Below are positions 11,971 through 24,394 of a stretch of DNA of 64,000 bases, in pieces; positions within the stretch are counted from its first letter, which is position 1, and each line of letters starts with the position of its first letter. The DNA lies in NCBI GenBank assembly GCA_964270895.1, contig OZ185436.1; one strand, 5' to 3'. Under the pieces are notes generated by a model, which searched no databases, had not been told where the DNA came from, and saw only the letters and a program-made list of their open reading frames with translations. Position numbers and translations under genes: made by a program. Source of the stretch: Podarcis filfolensis. Its lineage: Eukaryota.

Positions 11971-12108
11971 TACAAAGAACTGTAGAACTGGAAGGGACCC
12001 CGAGGATCATCCAGTCTAACCCATTTTCAGTGGAGGTGGTCTGTGAGGGGATTGAACCCACGACCTTGGCGTAATCAGCACCACACTCTTAACCAACTGA
12101 GCTAAATG
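11971..12108 (-). mobile_element. SINE with tRNA-Ile-like head and CR1-type 3' tail
   Basis: Reverse strand TTAGCTCAGTTGGTTAAGAGTGTGGTGCTGATTACGCCAAGGTCGTGGGTTCAATCCCC, followed by ...GATCCTCGGGGTCCCTTCCAGTTCTAC. Confidence 0.7.
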
Positions 12109-13199
12109 GAACGAGTAAATTAAAAACCATTAAAAGTCCAGCAGAATAAAAAATGTTTTTTGTTGCCTGCCTAAATGTAATCAGGTAGAGGACCGGTCTC
12201 ATGTCTTTGTAAATGGTATCACTGAGTTTAATTATTCCAAGGTAAATGTGGCTAGGATTGCAGTAACCCTCACAATGTGTGTTTAGCCCACACTATTTAT
12301 ACATCATCATGTGTATACCACACTATAGAATGATGTTTTGAAAATAAAGGTCTCAGCCCCAAGGTGCTTGCAATATATGTTTTGACACTGGGGATGAAGA
12401 AGGGAGAAAAACAAAATTAATGAGGAATGAATGTGAGGAAAATTTGGTTGGGGTTCTTTTGGCTCCTTTTGGTTGGGGTTAAAACAACAGATTCAAGAGA
12501 AAGTGGGATGATGTAAGAAACAATGAAAATCTATTATGCTCTAAAATGTCAGAGGGCAAAAGAGAAAGGTACTAAAATACAGTTTACAGGATTTTATAAA
12601 GTATAAACAGCCAAGAACAGGAATGAGCATAGCCTGTAACTTGTTAAAAACATTTACAACTGTTGTCTGTGAAGAAAATGACATGTGCTAAACGGAGTGG
12701 AGAAAAAAGCCTTTTGGACTTCTGGGGAAAAGAAGAACAACAAGAAGAAGACATATCTGTCTTTTTATTATTATTATTCAGAAGCAGCAGTGGTAGCAAC
12801 AGAGAAAGGAAAATGACGGGTGTGTCCAAACTTAAGTCTTGTGATGTTCTGAATGCATTCCAGCCACTAGGTCAAGTCTGTCGCATGGGCGTGAAGCAGA
12901 GATTATGTATGTGGCAATTTCGCACTGTAGTCGGATTCTGCTTCCTTATTGCCTCTGCTGGAAACTTCCTGTGAAAACAAAACTCAGAAGTGCCAAAGGC
13001 ATTATAGCCAAAACAAATTATGGTACTGATGCTGCAGAGAATTCTTTTGGGCAACTGGCGAGCTCAAATAATTTTTTTTTGTTTTTGTTTTCTTGAATGT
13101 TGAAATCTCATTCTCTAACTCTCTTAAGTTTGCTTAAGTCTTTTAAACTTTAAAGTAACCAATAGACTTTCTGACAGCTAGGATTGACTTTGTCAATAT

Positions 13200-13450
13200 C
13201 ATGGGTAGGCAAACTAAGGCCCGGGGGCCGGATGCGGCCCAATCGCCATCTAAATCCGGCCCATGGATGGTCCAGGAATCAGCATGTTTTTACATGAGTA
13301 GAATGTGTCCTTTTATTTAAAATGCATCTCTGGGTTATTTGTGGGGCACAGGAATTCGTTCATTATTATTTTTTTCAAAATATAGTCTGGCCCCCCACAA
13401 GTCTGAGGGACAGTGGACCAGCCCCCTGCTGAAAAAGTTTGCTGTCCCCG
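13200..13450. mobile_element. hAT (Charlie-like) MITE
   Basis: CATGGGTAGGCAAACT...AGTTTGCTGTCCCCG ends; 8-bp TSD GTCAATAT/GTCTATAT. Confidence 0.8.
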
Positions 13451-14738
13451 GTCTATATTAATGTTTGTGAAAGCAACAACATTTATTATATTAACAGTTC
13501 ACATGTGTTGGTGATTTGAGCTCCCTCTACTGGTCCTGCCAGAGCACTGGATATTCATATTTTTGCTTTTCATTCAATACAGTATGTTTTTCATCACTGA
13601 ATAGTTACATTTTCAAGGGAAATATCTGTAGAGCATGAGAGAAAACCTAAAAAGGGAAAATGGCAACTACCTGGCTTTCTTGAAATGCCACAAACTGACC
13701 AGAAGGATATGGGTGGGGTAGGCAGTAAAAAAAAAAAGTGCAGGGAACCCAATTTGATGTTACTACAGGCCCATTTATGCTTAGGCTTTAACTTACTTAA
13801 AGTAATGCATCACTTAATAAAGCTGCCCCAAGCTCTTTCAATGTATGTATAAAGTAAGCATTACGGTTCCCCAAGAAGACATGACATTAAGAATCAAAGA
13901 GGCCAAGTAACCAAGTGATATCCAATATTGCCTTCACAGACCTGCCCTTCCTCTGTAACTCTCCCTGCAGCCCCAAATTATTTTCTCTAGACTGTCCCCC
14001 AACCCTCCAGATCAGCTTTGCAGGGCATGTGTGGTGCTGCAGTAGGGAGGAGAGGAAAGGGGAGTTCTTCTAGTAGACAGACATACTTGGATATTACCCT
14101 TTGCCTGCAACAACCCCAGCCAGCACACTCACCTGGAACAAAGTCCTATTGAGTCCAGTAGGGATTACCTTTGAGTAAATATGTACTGTATAGGATTGTG
14201 TTGTCAACTTTTTTACCCAGGAGTGGTTTTTTGGCTTCATTGGCACTAAGTTCATGCCAATTTTAGCATAGTTTTATTATTTAATAGTGAAGCACTTTAA
14301 AAAGCTATGAATACATAAATGTTGCTCAAGGCTTATATTCCATCTAATCAAAAAGTGTGGCTTTTTCAATCATCAGCAAAGGACCCTAGTTTCACTTGCA
14401 TCATGAATCAAGAGTAGAAAACAGGAAGGTCTAGGTCAGGAGGTGGAGAATGGAATCTTTCATAGGTGGAGAACTTTTAAAGTTAAATAAGGCTGCTACC
14501 CTAAACATGCCTACTCAGAAGGAAGTCCCTTTGAATTCCCAGGTAACATGAACACAGATTTCCAAATAGGTTGTATATTTTTTTTCTGGGTTTTCATTTC
14601 TGATTCAGCATTAAGGGGAATTACTTATTTAACAAAATTTATACACAACTTGATTGTAAGCAGGCATCTAAGTGGTTTACAAAAATATAGAATAAAAATA
14701 AAATTATTGGTAAAAAAAGTTTAAAAGATATTTTAAAG

Positions 14739-14874
14739 CAGGCGTCCTCAACCTCGGCCCTCCAGATGTTTTGAGACTACAATTCCCAGCATCCCTGATC
14801 ACTGGTCCTGCTAGCTAGGGATCATGGGAGTTGTAGCCCAAAAACATCTGGAGGGCCAAGATTGAGGAAGCCTG
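14739..14874. mobile_element. Palindromic hAT MITE (same family as 975)
   Basis: TIRs; 8-bp TSD TTTTAAAG/TTTCAAAG. Confidence 0.85.
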
Positions 14875-15329
14875 TTTCAAAGCATTAAAATAATATTAAA
14901 ATCCACAGTAGCTTCAAAAGCTACTTCTACATCTCTGGATAGTCTGGCCTAAACAAAAATGTTTTAAGCAGGCACTGAAACGGATACAGCACAACTGCCT
15001 GCCTGGTATCAGGGGTACAGTTAGACAACTGTAGCTGTAGTACTTCTTACTCTCAAGCAATGAAGCTGCTGGTTTCAAAAACTAAATATGAGTTGCAGTG
15101 GTATCAATGGCCTCAAGTGCATGTTCAGCAGAGTTTTCTGCTCACAGTATTGCTGCTTGACAAGGCTTAAAAAATCAACAGTGAGGGAAGTGAGGGATGG
15201 AGAACAACCTTGTACATATTTCTGCAGAAGCAGCAGTTGGAAAAGGGGATTGAGGAAGCACCAATGTGCTCACACAATAATCTAGGGTTATGTGTAAATT
15301 ACCTTCGATTCTTGCCTTTATTTCATGTA

Positions 15330-15913
15330 CCGTATTTTTCGCCCTATAGGACGCACTTTTTCCCCTCCAAAAATGAAGGAGAAATGTGTGTGCGTCCTAT
15401 GGGGCGAATGCAGGCTTTCGCTGAAGCCTGGAGAGCGAGAGGGGTCGGTGCGCACCGACCCCTCTCACTCTCCAGGCTTCAGGAAGCTATCCGCAAGCCT
15501 TGCAAGCCCAGCGAGAGGTCCCGCGGGCTCGCAAGGCTTGCGGGCAGCAGCCTGCAGCCCACAAGCTCGGGGGACAGCGGGGAGGCGCAGCGCTGCCACC
15601 CCGCTATTCCCCAACCTGGTCTGGAGGCTGGCGGGGGGGAGAGAAGCAAGCTTGCTTCTCCCCCCCCCCCCGCCAGCCCCACAAGCTCGGGGGATAGCGG
15701 GGAGGCGGAGCACTCGGGGGACAGCGGGGCAAGCTGCCCCACGGAGGCTAGAGAGGCTGTCCCTGAAGACAGAAGAGGGAGACGGAGCGCTCTTCTAGCT
15801 TGGGGATGGCTGTGCAAACCTGGGGGGGAAATAAAAATTTTTTCCTTGATTTCCCCCCAAAAAAACTAGGTGCGTCCTATGGGCCGGTGCGTCCTATAGG
15901 GCAAAAAATACGG
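15330..15913. mobile_element. CpG-rich Tc2-like MITE
   Basis: TA|CCGTATTTTTCG...AAAAAATACGG|TA; repeated ATAGGACGCAC subterminal motif; internal direct and inverted repeats. Confidence 0.85.
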
Positions 15914-16149
15914 TATATAGTTATCAATGCTGTGCTATAAAAGCCATTATTGCATTTTCCACTAGAGAGCAGCAAAGACTTGCAATTTATTTACAGCACC
16001 ATCCTATGTACGTTTACTCAGAAATGACATTTTGTTTGGTGAGCTTACTCCTAGGTAAATGGGTATAGGATGGAAGTATTATTGATTGATTGACTGACTG
16101 ACTGATTGATTGATTGCATGTAATATCACCTTTTTATCCAAACAGTTCA

Positions 16150-16315
16150 AAGTGGTGTGGTGCTCCCCATTCCTCATTTAATCTGCAGAACAAGTCTTTA
16201 AAGTAGGTTAGACTAAGAGGCAGAGACTGGCCCAGTGTGCTTCAAGGCTGAGTCAGGATTTCAATCCTTGTCTCCAACGTCCTAGTCCCACACTCTAACC
16301 ACTACATCACACCCA
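16150..16315 (-). mobile_element. Degenerate MIR/Ther1-like tRNA-derived SINE
   Basis: Reverse strand GGTGTGATGTAGTGGTTAGAGTGTGGGACTAGG head plus a core-like region. Confidence 0.5.
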
Positions 16316-16989
16316 AACGCCTACTATGTAGTAGAATCCACAGGACTCCAAATAAAAATCAACAGGCATGGGGGTATATTAAATAACACTTGGAAGAAGT
16401 ACCTTGGCATAATATGTTTTGGCTGGAGCTATAATGTGGCCTTTGGATTAATCACTTTTATTTTTCTTATTCACTCTCAGTAATGCATGCTGAACCTATA
16501 CATAAAGACTTTCAATCCAGTATTTTTGCATGGGCATTTTGACATAGGTGACCGTAAGGCAAGAATAAAAGCTGTTATTAAAAATGTAATAAATTTGTGT
16601 TTGGAAATGGTTAAGCAACACAGGTAGAGTGTATTTTCAAGCTGATGGCTAGCAAGTTGAATATACCATTTGACTTACGACTTTTAGATCATTCGCACAC
16701 TGGCAACAGTGAAGGAATCAGATTGGGAGAGCTCATTCCAGAGTATGACATTATCTAAGGATGCATATCATGAGGTTCAAATTATCTGGTATGTTGCATG
16801 TGCAGAGTCTCAGTGCAAGATTTAATCTTTAAGATCATAATCATGGATCAAGGTGCTTTCCTGGCAGTCATTCACAAGGAGTATTTAAGGACATCATGCT
16901 TGGGTATGTTGATCCTATGATCCCACTGTTCCAGGAGAAGGCCAGTGCACAATATTGTCCTAATCATATGCACTCCCAGCAGCAAACTA

Positions 16990-17243
16990 GAGACCAAGAC
17001 AATATTGTTAGAAGGTAGCTATCAGCCACTCCCACAGGGTCCTTGGCATTATGTCAGTAAGAGCTGTTTGACAGTGGAACGAACTCCCTCGGTAGTTTGT
17101 GGACACTTCCTTGGAGGTTTTAAAGCAGAGGTTGGATAGTCATCTGTCATGGATGCTTTAGTTGAGATTTAGTTGAGATTCCTGCATTGCAGGAGGCTGG
17201 ACTAGATGAGCGTTGGGGTCCCTTCCAGCTTTATGATTCTATG
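16990..17243 (+). mobile_element. CR1 LINE 3' end
   Basis: GGAGGTTTTAAAGCAGAGGTTGGAT...GGTCCCTTCCAGCTTTATGATTCTATG tail. Confidence 0.75.
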
Positions 17244-17629
17244 TCACCTCCAGTTACCCATGCAGAAAAAGTACCAATCCATGCCCAGTGACAGCATGGA
17301 TGTCACTCCTCCCCACATACAGAACACAAGCACCATCCCTCCCACTAACAGACAACAGTGCCTCCCTCTCCAATGCCTGTCATCACCCAAAACTCAATAG
17401 GCTTCTGTGTAGAAATCAGAGGCTCCTCTGCCAGCAGCAGGAGTGACAACTTGGCCCCGCAATTGTGAGTGCCCGGGGCCGTGCATGCCAGTGCTATGCG
17501 GTGTGCATGGCCCTGGCGCCGAAATTTGCCGGTGCCCAGCCCCTTTATGGGGAATTTTGTGGGTGCTCGGGCACCCAGGGCCCCAGGGAGCTGGCACCTA
17601 TGGCCAGCAAAGGGTTCAAAATGTGTTGG

Positions 17630-17896
17630 AGCCGGCATACAGCTTCCGGGTCATGTGGCCAGCATGACTAAGCTGCTTCTGGTGAACCAGAGCAGCGCAC
17701 GGAAACTCCGTTTACCTTCCCGCCAGAGTGGTACCTATTTATCTACTTGCACTTTGACATGCTTTCGAACTGCTAGGTTGGCAGGAGCTGGGACCGAGCA
17801 TCAGGAGCTAACCCCGTCGCGGGGATTCGAACCGCCGACCTTCTAATCGGCAAGTCCTAGGCTCTGTGGTTTAACCCACAGTGCCACCCGCGTCCC
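17630..17896 (-). mobile_element. Sauria SINE lacking its 3' tail
   Basis: Reverse complement of the head and core of the 3955 copy. Confidence 0.88.
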
Positions 17897-18770
17897 GCTT
17901 CCACATAGATAATGCTAATAACATTGCACATAGCATGTCTGCTCCAATTCAGCAGTAAAGAGCAGGTTTCATGGGGAAAGCACTGGGGCCAAAAAATAAT
18001 AATTTAAAAAGTGCTCAGACAGGGAGCTTTAAAGCACAGACCTGTGCCTAGAAATGTAGCATGAAAGCAAGTCTGGATGACCCGAGATCAGGGGCAGGTC
18101 ATGCTCTAATCCAATAATAGGTCATGCTGCCAGAATAAGCAGCAGGTGGCTTTCAGATAGGAGCTAATAGCCTTTCACTGCAGGAAAGGAAAGAGCAGAA
18201 AAAAATAAACAATGATTTCATTATGGTTGAAATGAAATGAGTGAAAACACATCTCTCTCCAAAAGTGACATGAAGGGTCTGTTCCCTCACAAGCCGGCTA
18301 CCACATGGGCTGTGTACACACTATACATTTAAAGGACATTCTTTCCTTCAAATAATTCTGGGCACTGTATGTTGTGGGTTGCTGGGAATTGTAATTCTGT
18401 GAAGGGTAAACTACAGTGCCCATAATTCTTTGAGGGAAATATTGTGTTCCAAATGTGCTTTACAGGTATCATGTGTACTCGGCTTCTGACTCATACCTCT
18501 GTAACTTGGAAATATTTATGAAGGGTTGTATCCACTGCTTCCACTTCCACTTCCTCTCCTCTCCCTCACCCCACCCCACAATATCTTCCAGAATCTGCTC
18601 CAGAGGATCCCCAAGCCTGATTTTGGGGAGTGGGGAGCTGGAGGGTACAGGAGAGGAAGAAGATGAAGCACTCGATATGGCCCTCTTGGGTCTGAAGAGA
18701 GTCAAACTGCACAGTCTGCAATGGAAGACTGAATTTTGATCTGACTAGAAAAGAGGAGGCTCCTCCAAAT

Positions 18771-18880
18771 TATTATTTATTATGTTTTTAGATATGCTGT
18801 AAACTGCCCAGAGTGGCTGGGGAAACCCAGCCAGACGGGTGAAGTATAAATAATAAAATTATTTATTTTTATTATTATTC
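18771..18880 (+). mobile_element. Short L2 3' tip
   Basis: GCCCAGAGTGGCTGGGGAAACCCAGCCAGA motif plus an AT-rich tail. Confidence 0.7.
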
Positions 18881-19979
18881 CTTCAAATCAACCTGAGTTG
18901 AGGGACAGCTAAGGACCTCTACTGTACCATTGGAAATCTGTGAATACCATAAGTTATCAGGATTTGCTTGCGCTCTCCGCATAAATAGGATTTATTTCTA
19001 AAAGGGTGCTTTGGTGCCAATGGCAACTTCAGTGGGGCATGGATTTCTTCAGGACCACAGTGTGTAGGTGGAAATGGTTAATCCCCACCTCCAGAGCAAC
19101 TGGGAAAAATGCAGGATACAACTATGGTAAGCAAAAGCAATAAGGATTCTTTTTACAGATCTGGGTGAAAAATACTGACAGATTATTAGAAATGGGAAGT
19201 CTGCATTTAGGAAAATCTGCCATTTTAGGTTTTTCTCTCTGTTAAAATGATAGGAAGGAAATATGTACACTGGATGCACAGAGAGAGAGAGAGATGGTGG
19301 TGACATTACTTTTATTAGTAGGAACAGCCACACTGAAAATGCTGGTACTCGTGTGTCTGGAATCACAGCTTGGGTGTTAAAGGGCAGAGGATAAAAGGAT
19401 CAAGGGCAACCACAGGAAGGAGAAAAAAAAGCCAAGGATCAATCCAATTATTGGATTAAAAGACAAATGGCAAAAGGCTGAAGTACAGTACAAATAAAGA
19501 AGCAAGCAGCGAAAGGATAAATGAGGTGAAGATACTAAAATTATATCAATACTATGCAATGTGGAAAGGTGACAACAAACAGCTTGTGAGGATGCTAAAG
19601 ACGGAATAGAATCCTGGTCATTCAGGGTGCTCCCAGGCTGCTAGTTTTGAGTGGGATTCAAGAACATGGCAGCAAATTAAAGTTAATATAGTGCCTTTGC
19701 TCAACAAACCTGCTTCCCTCCAAAACTTTTTTCTCTCTCTTTGCAATAAGGAAAGTGATGGGGAAATGCACTGAAAGTATGAAATAACAGTTGCTTGACA
19801 TAATGTTTTATTGTAAGTTGCTTTGGGTTGCACTGGGAAAATAAAGTAAATAACAACTTAATTAATTAATCTATTAATGGCATATAACCTCCCTGCAAAT
19901 GCATCAGACTGCATGATCAATAAATAGCTGATGTTGTCTAGTCTCTTCACAAACTTTGTGTGTGGGGAGAAAATCAGGA

Positions 19980-20450
19980 TGAAAATACTCTCTAGTAGGA
20001 CTGACAAACCCTTGGGGCCAACCTGAAGTCCTGAGGATTACCTGGCTGCTCCCCCATCCTGGGTAACAGTGGGAAGGCTTGAAACTCCAGGTGGGCGAGA
20101 ATGCCTTTAACATATCATTATTGTTCTTCCTTCTATGTGCTGTAGAGGGAAGTAAGGGGCAGATGGGGCTGGTCAATCTGGGAAGGTGGCCCATCCAGGA
20201 AAAGGAAAACTCTGATCCTAGACCTCCGCTGCCTTGCAGGATATCTTTGGGAGAAGAAAATGCAAAGGAGTAAAGCCTACACAAATCTGGAGTGGAGTCC
20301 CCAATTTGGTTGGATGGTGCCTTGTACAGCTCCTGCTGCAAATCCTACAGCCAACTAGTGCCCAAGCATATTGCTGTGCTTTACTTTGGACCATATCAAC
20401 GAGGCCAGCAGGGACAGCCCAGGACCTCCATACACACTATTCCGAGAACA
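19980..20450 (+). mobile_element. Probable RTE-clade LINE remnant, apparently interrupted by the L2 at 20452
   Basis: GGAAGGTGGCCCATCCAGGAAAAGGAAAACTCTG...GGAGTAAAGCCTACACAAATC resembles RTE 5' regions from memory; the family call is unverified. Confidence 0.35.
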
Positions 20451-20451
20451 C

Positions 20452-20826
20452 GTTTCCGAGCACAATTCCAAGTGTTGGTGCTGACCTTTAAAGCCCTAAA
20501 TGGCCTCGATCCAGTATACCTGAAGGAGCGTCTCCACCTCCATCGTTCTGAGGTCCAGGTCCAAGGGCCTTCTGGCGGTTCCCTCACTGCGAGAAGCCAA
20601 GTTACAGGGAACCAGGCAGAGGGCCTTCTCGGTAGTGGCACCCACCCTGTGGAACGCCCTCCCGCCAGATGTCAAAGAGAAAAATAACTACCAAACTTTT
20701 AGAAGACATCTTAAGGCAGCCCTGTTTAGGGAAGCTTTTAATGTTTAATAGGTTATTGTATGTTAGTGTTTTGTTGGAAGCCGCCCAGAGTGGCTGGGGA
20801 AACCCAGCCAGATGGGTGGGGTATAA

Positions 20827-20867
<41 letters not shown>
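20452..20867 (+). mobile_element. L2 LINE 3' fragment with (TTA)n tail
   Basis: FRAQFQVLVLTFKALNGLDPVYLKERL is an L2 ORF2 C-terminal motif; the conserved 3' end follows. Confidence 0.85.
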
Positions 20868-20869
<2 letters not shown>

Positions 20870-21820
20870 CAGCTTTGCGCCTGGGGAGTTTGTTGCAGTG
20901 CTGCTAACTTCACCCCCAAGGCTCTCTCAATTGTCTGTCTCAAGACAGATGGATGCCAGCAATCCAGTCTGAGAAACTTGTGGAGCAGTTTCTGAAGCCG
21001 GCGGCAGATGGCGCCCAAAGCGCCAGGATGTTGTCCCTGCTTTGCCAATAAGCTGAAGACCTAAGGCAGCTAATGGGTATGGTGAGAAGGGAATGTACCT
21101 GAAGGAGTCCCACTGTGAGGCTGGGCTGTAGCCAGGCTGGGGGCTGTAGTAGCGACAGTGTTACCACAGCCACCAGCACGAGCGGATTCACAACGGCAGG
21201 CAGACAGGTACGGGTGCACAACTGGGTGGGAGGCATGGCTCAAGGAGCCCCAGGATGCTGGGGGAAAAGACGGAGGTGTCTCAGAGGTCATAAGGTGTGG
21301 CAGAAGCAGCAGTGCTGCAGAAGATGTCAGAAAAGGGATGTGGATGACAGCGTGAGATGAAGGCAGGAGAAGGCTTATGGAATTAGTATACTTAGAGGAC
21401 AGTGTGTAGGCATTTGAGGCAGGCAGGGAAGGGTATCTAGCAAGCACATGGGCATTTGAGAAGTCTCTGGGGAAGCGAAGTTCACCTTCGAGATCACCAT
21501 GCCCCATATAGGCCTGGTCAATCACTTCAGTCTGCAGAACTAGAACTGTTACAGGTGACACACTTCAGAACTCTGCCCACTGACCACAGGTAGGTGCCTT
21601 AACTGTGCTCTTTTTGGCACATGCTTAAACCATATGTTTAGGCAAGCCTATCCAGATATGTAGAATGTTGACAAGTGTTTAAACCTTGTTTTTAGCTTAC
21701 TGTTGATTTTAGTTTTTTTAATGCTTTAAATGTTTTCAACTGTTTTTACTGAAAATTTAATTGTCTCATTCTTTTTGGAAACTACTTCAAGAGATTTTTT
21801 TTTTTTACAGTCAAGCAGTA

Positions 21821-22046
21821 CAGTGGTACCTCGGGTTAAGTACTTAATTTGTTCCAGAGGTCCGTTCTTAACCTGAAACTGTTCTTAACCTGAAGCACCA
21901 CTTTAGCTAATGGGGCCTCCTGCTGCAGCCGCACTGCCGAAGCCCGATTTCTGTTCTTATCCTGAAGCAAAGTTCTTAACCTAAAGCACTATTTCTGGGT
22001 TAGCGGAGTCTGTAACCTGAAGCGTATGTAACCCGAGGTACCACTG
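21821..22046 (+). mobile_element. Tigger-like MITE, family A (forward)
   Basis: TA|CAGTGGTACCTCGGGTTAAG...CCGAGGTACCACTG|TA. Confidence 0.88.
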
Positions 22047-23136
22047 TATCTATTTTTTGTGAAATGAGTAAATAATGCAATGCAGTACAATAATATAACT
22101 ATAAGAAACTCTTGCTATTGAAGCTGTAGCAGGGATAGGGAACCTCTCATCAGACTCAGCCAACATAGTTAGTGGTCACAGGGGCTGATGGGATTTGGAG
22201 TCCACCGACCAATGAAGGGCCAAAGGTTCTGTATCCTTGATATATATAGGGACTGGAATGGCCATCTGTAAGGGAAGCTATAGTAGAGCATTTCCTGCGT
22301 ACGGGGTTGAACTAGATGACCTTTGAGGTGTATCTCTCTCTATCCTATGAAAATGTGCACTTTTCTGAAAAGCTCTTTGAAGTTTAACATAATAAATATA
22401 ATTTAGTAAGTATATCAGAAACATGTAGCCTATAAATGCTTACAAGGTTGCATACTGTTTACAGTAAAATAACTATTATCAATCAATCAGTAAAATGTAC
22501 AAAAACTTGATCTGTAACTACTCTGATCCTAAAAACACCAAACTGAAAATTAGGTTTCTGTTAGTTTCAGTTGGTACGAACAGTGAAATACATAATCCTC
22601 ATTCAGGCATTAGGTCTTATATGCAATATGGCCCCTCTGTATTACTTGGAAAGTGAAATTGCCATGTTTCAAGTTGAACAATTGTAATTAGTATCTTGGG
22701 CCTTGTGGGGGGATAACTTTCACATTTATCTGCTCAGTGTCGTAATTTTGTTATGAGAACATATGGAAATGCCTGTAAAACCAGATAAAAGTTATGAACC
22801 AGGCTATATCCATATCTCTGTTTCTGTGTAAATTGGAGTACACCTGTAATATAACTCCTTTCTAACTGACTGTAATGTTTCTATATTCTTCAGTGCTAAA
22901 CTGACTGTACATGCAGCTATTTGGCACATTTGTGGGACCACTGCTGTTCTGGTTATCCTCTGATGTAAGATGAATAGTGTGTGTACACTGCGCCTAATCC
23001 ACTTAACTGATGGGTTGTCCTCAGTCTAATACTGCATAATGCTGCAACAGACTGAGACTTTTTAAACCCTCCAGACTTTTGCCATAGCAGGATTTAGATC
23101 TTGATCATATCGCTGCTTTCCTATTGCAGTAGGACA

Positions 23137-23265
23137 ATGGCTTCAGTTGCTGAGCGGACTTTCATCGCCATCAAGCCTGATGGAGTACAGCGGGGCTTGG
23201 TGGGAGAAATTATCAAGCGATTTGAAAGGAAGGGATTCAAACTGGTAGCCATGAAATTCATGCAT
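23137..23265 (+). CDS. NME1: NME1 (NDPK-A) first coding exon
   Basis: [43 protein letters not shown]; acceptor CAG/TAG at 23127-23132; donor GTAAGT; phase 0. Confidence 0.95.
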
Positions 23266-24292
23266 GTAAGTTTCTGTCGAGGTATTGCCAAGCATTGTTA
23301 TTCTGTTGCAGAATTGCCATGCGTTGTTTATCGGTCTGTTGTGTCAAAGCGGACTCTGAACAGAAATAAATTTGAAGTAGTCAGTTTTGAACTGCAGCAC
23401 ATTGCAGCCTCCATAGCTACGACCCCAAGGAGAGTCCACAAATAGAGGTGGCTGGGTTGATGACCTGTCGATCAACCTATACATACCCCTCAGCAGTACA
23501 TAGCATAATATCCAGTTCATTGCACACAGAGTGCATTATGGTGCAATGCCTAGAGCCCTGGCCAAGGGTGGTGTAGTGGTTAGCATGTTGGAGAGACCTG
23601 GGTTCAGACCCCCGATGAGACATTTGTAGTGACTACAATCATTTGCATAGCTACCTGGGGGAAATCTCCATTGAACTCAGTGCTGCTTACTTCCGACAGC
23701 ATAGGTTCAACTTGTAAAACTCATTGAACTGTAACTTTAATTAGGAATGCAAACAGTTTTGCAAATAAATTTTTCCATTGATACTGCTAGCACGAAGAAG
23801 GCACCCCTCCAAGGAAGAAGTACCCCCCGAAAAAAAGAAAGAAGAATCTGGTTGATTCTCAGACTTCCTCTATATTAATCCTTATTCACTGACTTCCTCT
23901 ACATTAATATAACTTTCCGGTAATATTTTGGATCCTTTCCAATATCTAGCAGAAGGTAAAGCCACGCTGAGTACTCTAATTTTAGTAAGCAGCTGTCCTT
24001 AGTCAGAAAGGTGTGTCCTTAGAGGTATATTTTAAAGTTAATGCTTCAGATTTTCTTGGGAGGTGCAAATACGTTGTTCAATTAACTTGAGTGGAAATCA
24101 TCTTGCTGAATGAACCAAAATAAATATTGTTTAAAATCTGTACTAGTCAGCTAAACCAATATTCTAATAAAGTGCTAGGGCCAATATTTGACAAGCAAGC
24201 GTGCAATTTAAGGATTAATACTACTCTTGTAGTTAATTTTATTTGACATAAGATGCTCTTAAGTTCTTATGCTAAGCATTTTATTCCTGCAG

Positions 24293-24394
24293 GCCTCTGA
24301 AGATCTTCTCAGTGAACACTACAGTGACCTGAAGGATAGGCCATTCTTTGCTGGGCTAGTTAAATATATGCACTCTGGACCTGTTGTAGCCATG
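24293..24394 (+). CDS. NME1: NME1 coding exon 2 (gene exon 3)
   Basis: [34 protein letters not shown]; AG/GT flanks; FAGL and YMHS are NME1-type residues. Confidence 0.96.

Noticed and set aside
12035-12108. tRNA-Ile(GAT)-like gene, and the tRNA-Lys-like sequence at 37095-37168
   Set aside because: The acceptor stems do not pair and both are fused to CR1-type tails, so they are SINE heads.
15210-15869. 219-aa ORF
   Set aside because: It lies mostly within a GC-rich non-autonomous Tc2-like MITE and shows no DDE/DDD transposase or other domain.
18455-18739. ORF with an acidic helix-like stretch (EEEDEALDMALLGLKR)
   Set aside because: No recognisable homolog, no convincing splice context, and it adjoins repeat-like sequence.
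20602-21048. Poly-Asn, poly-Leu and poly-Tyr ORFs (also at 28353, 30276 and 59401)
   Set aside because: Translations of (AAT)n/(TTA)n microsatellites and L2 tails.
23137-23151. Absence of the Cys4 redox-switch residue of human NME1
   Set aside because: Mouse Nme1 also lacks it as I recall, so it is not distinctive.
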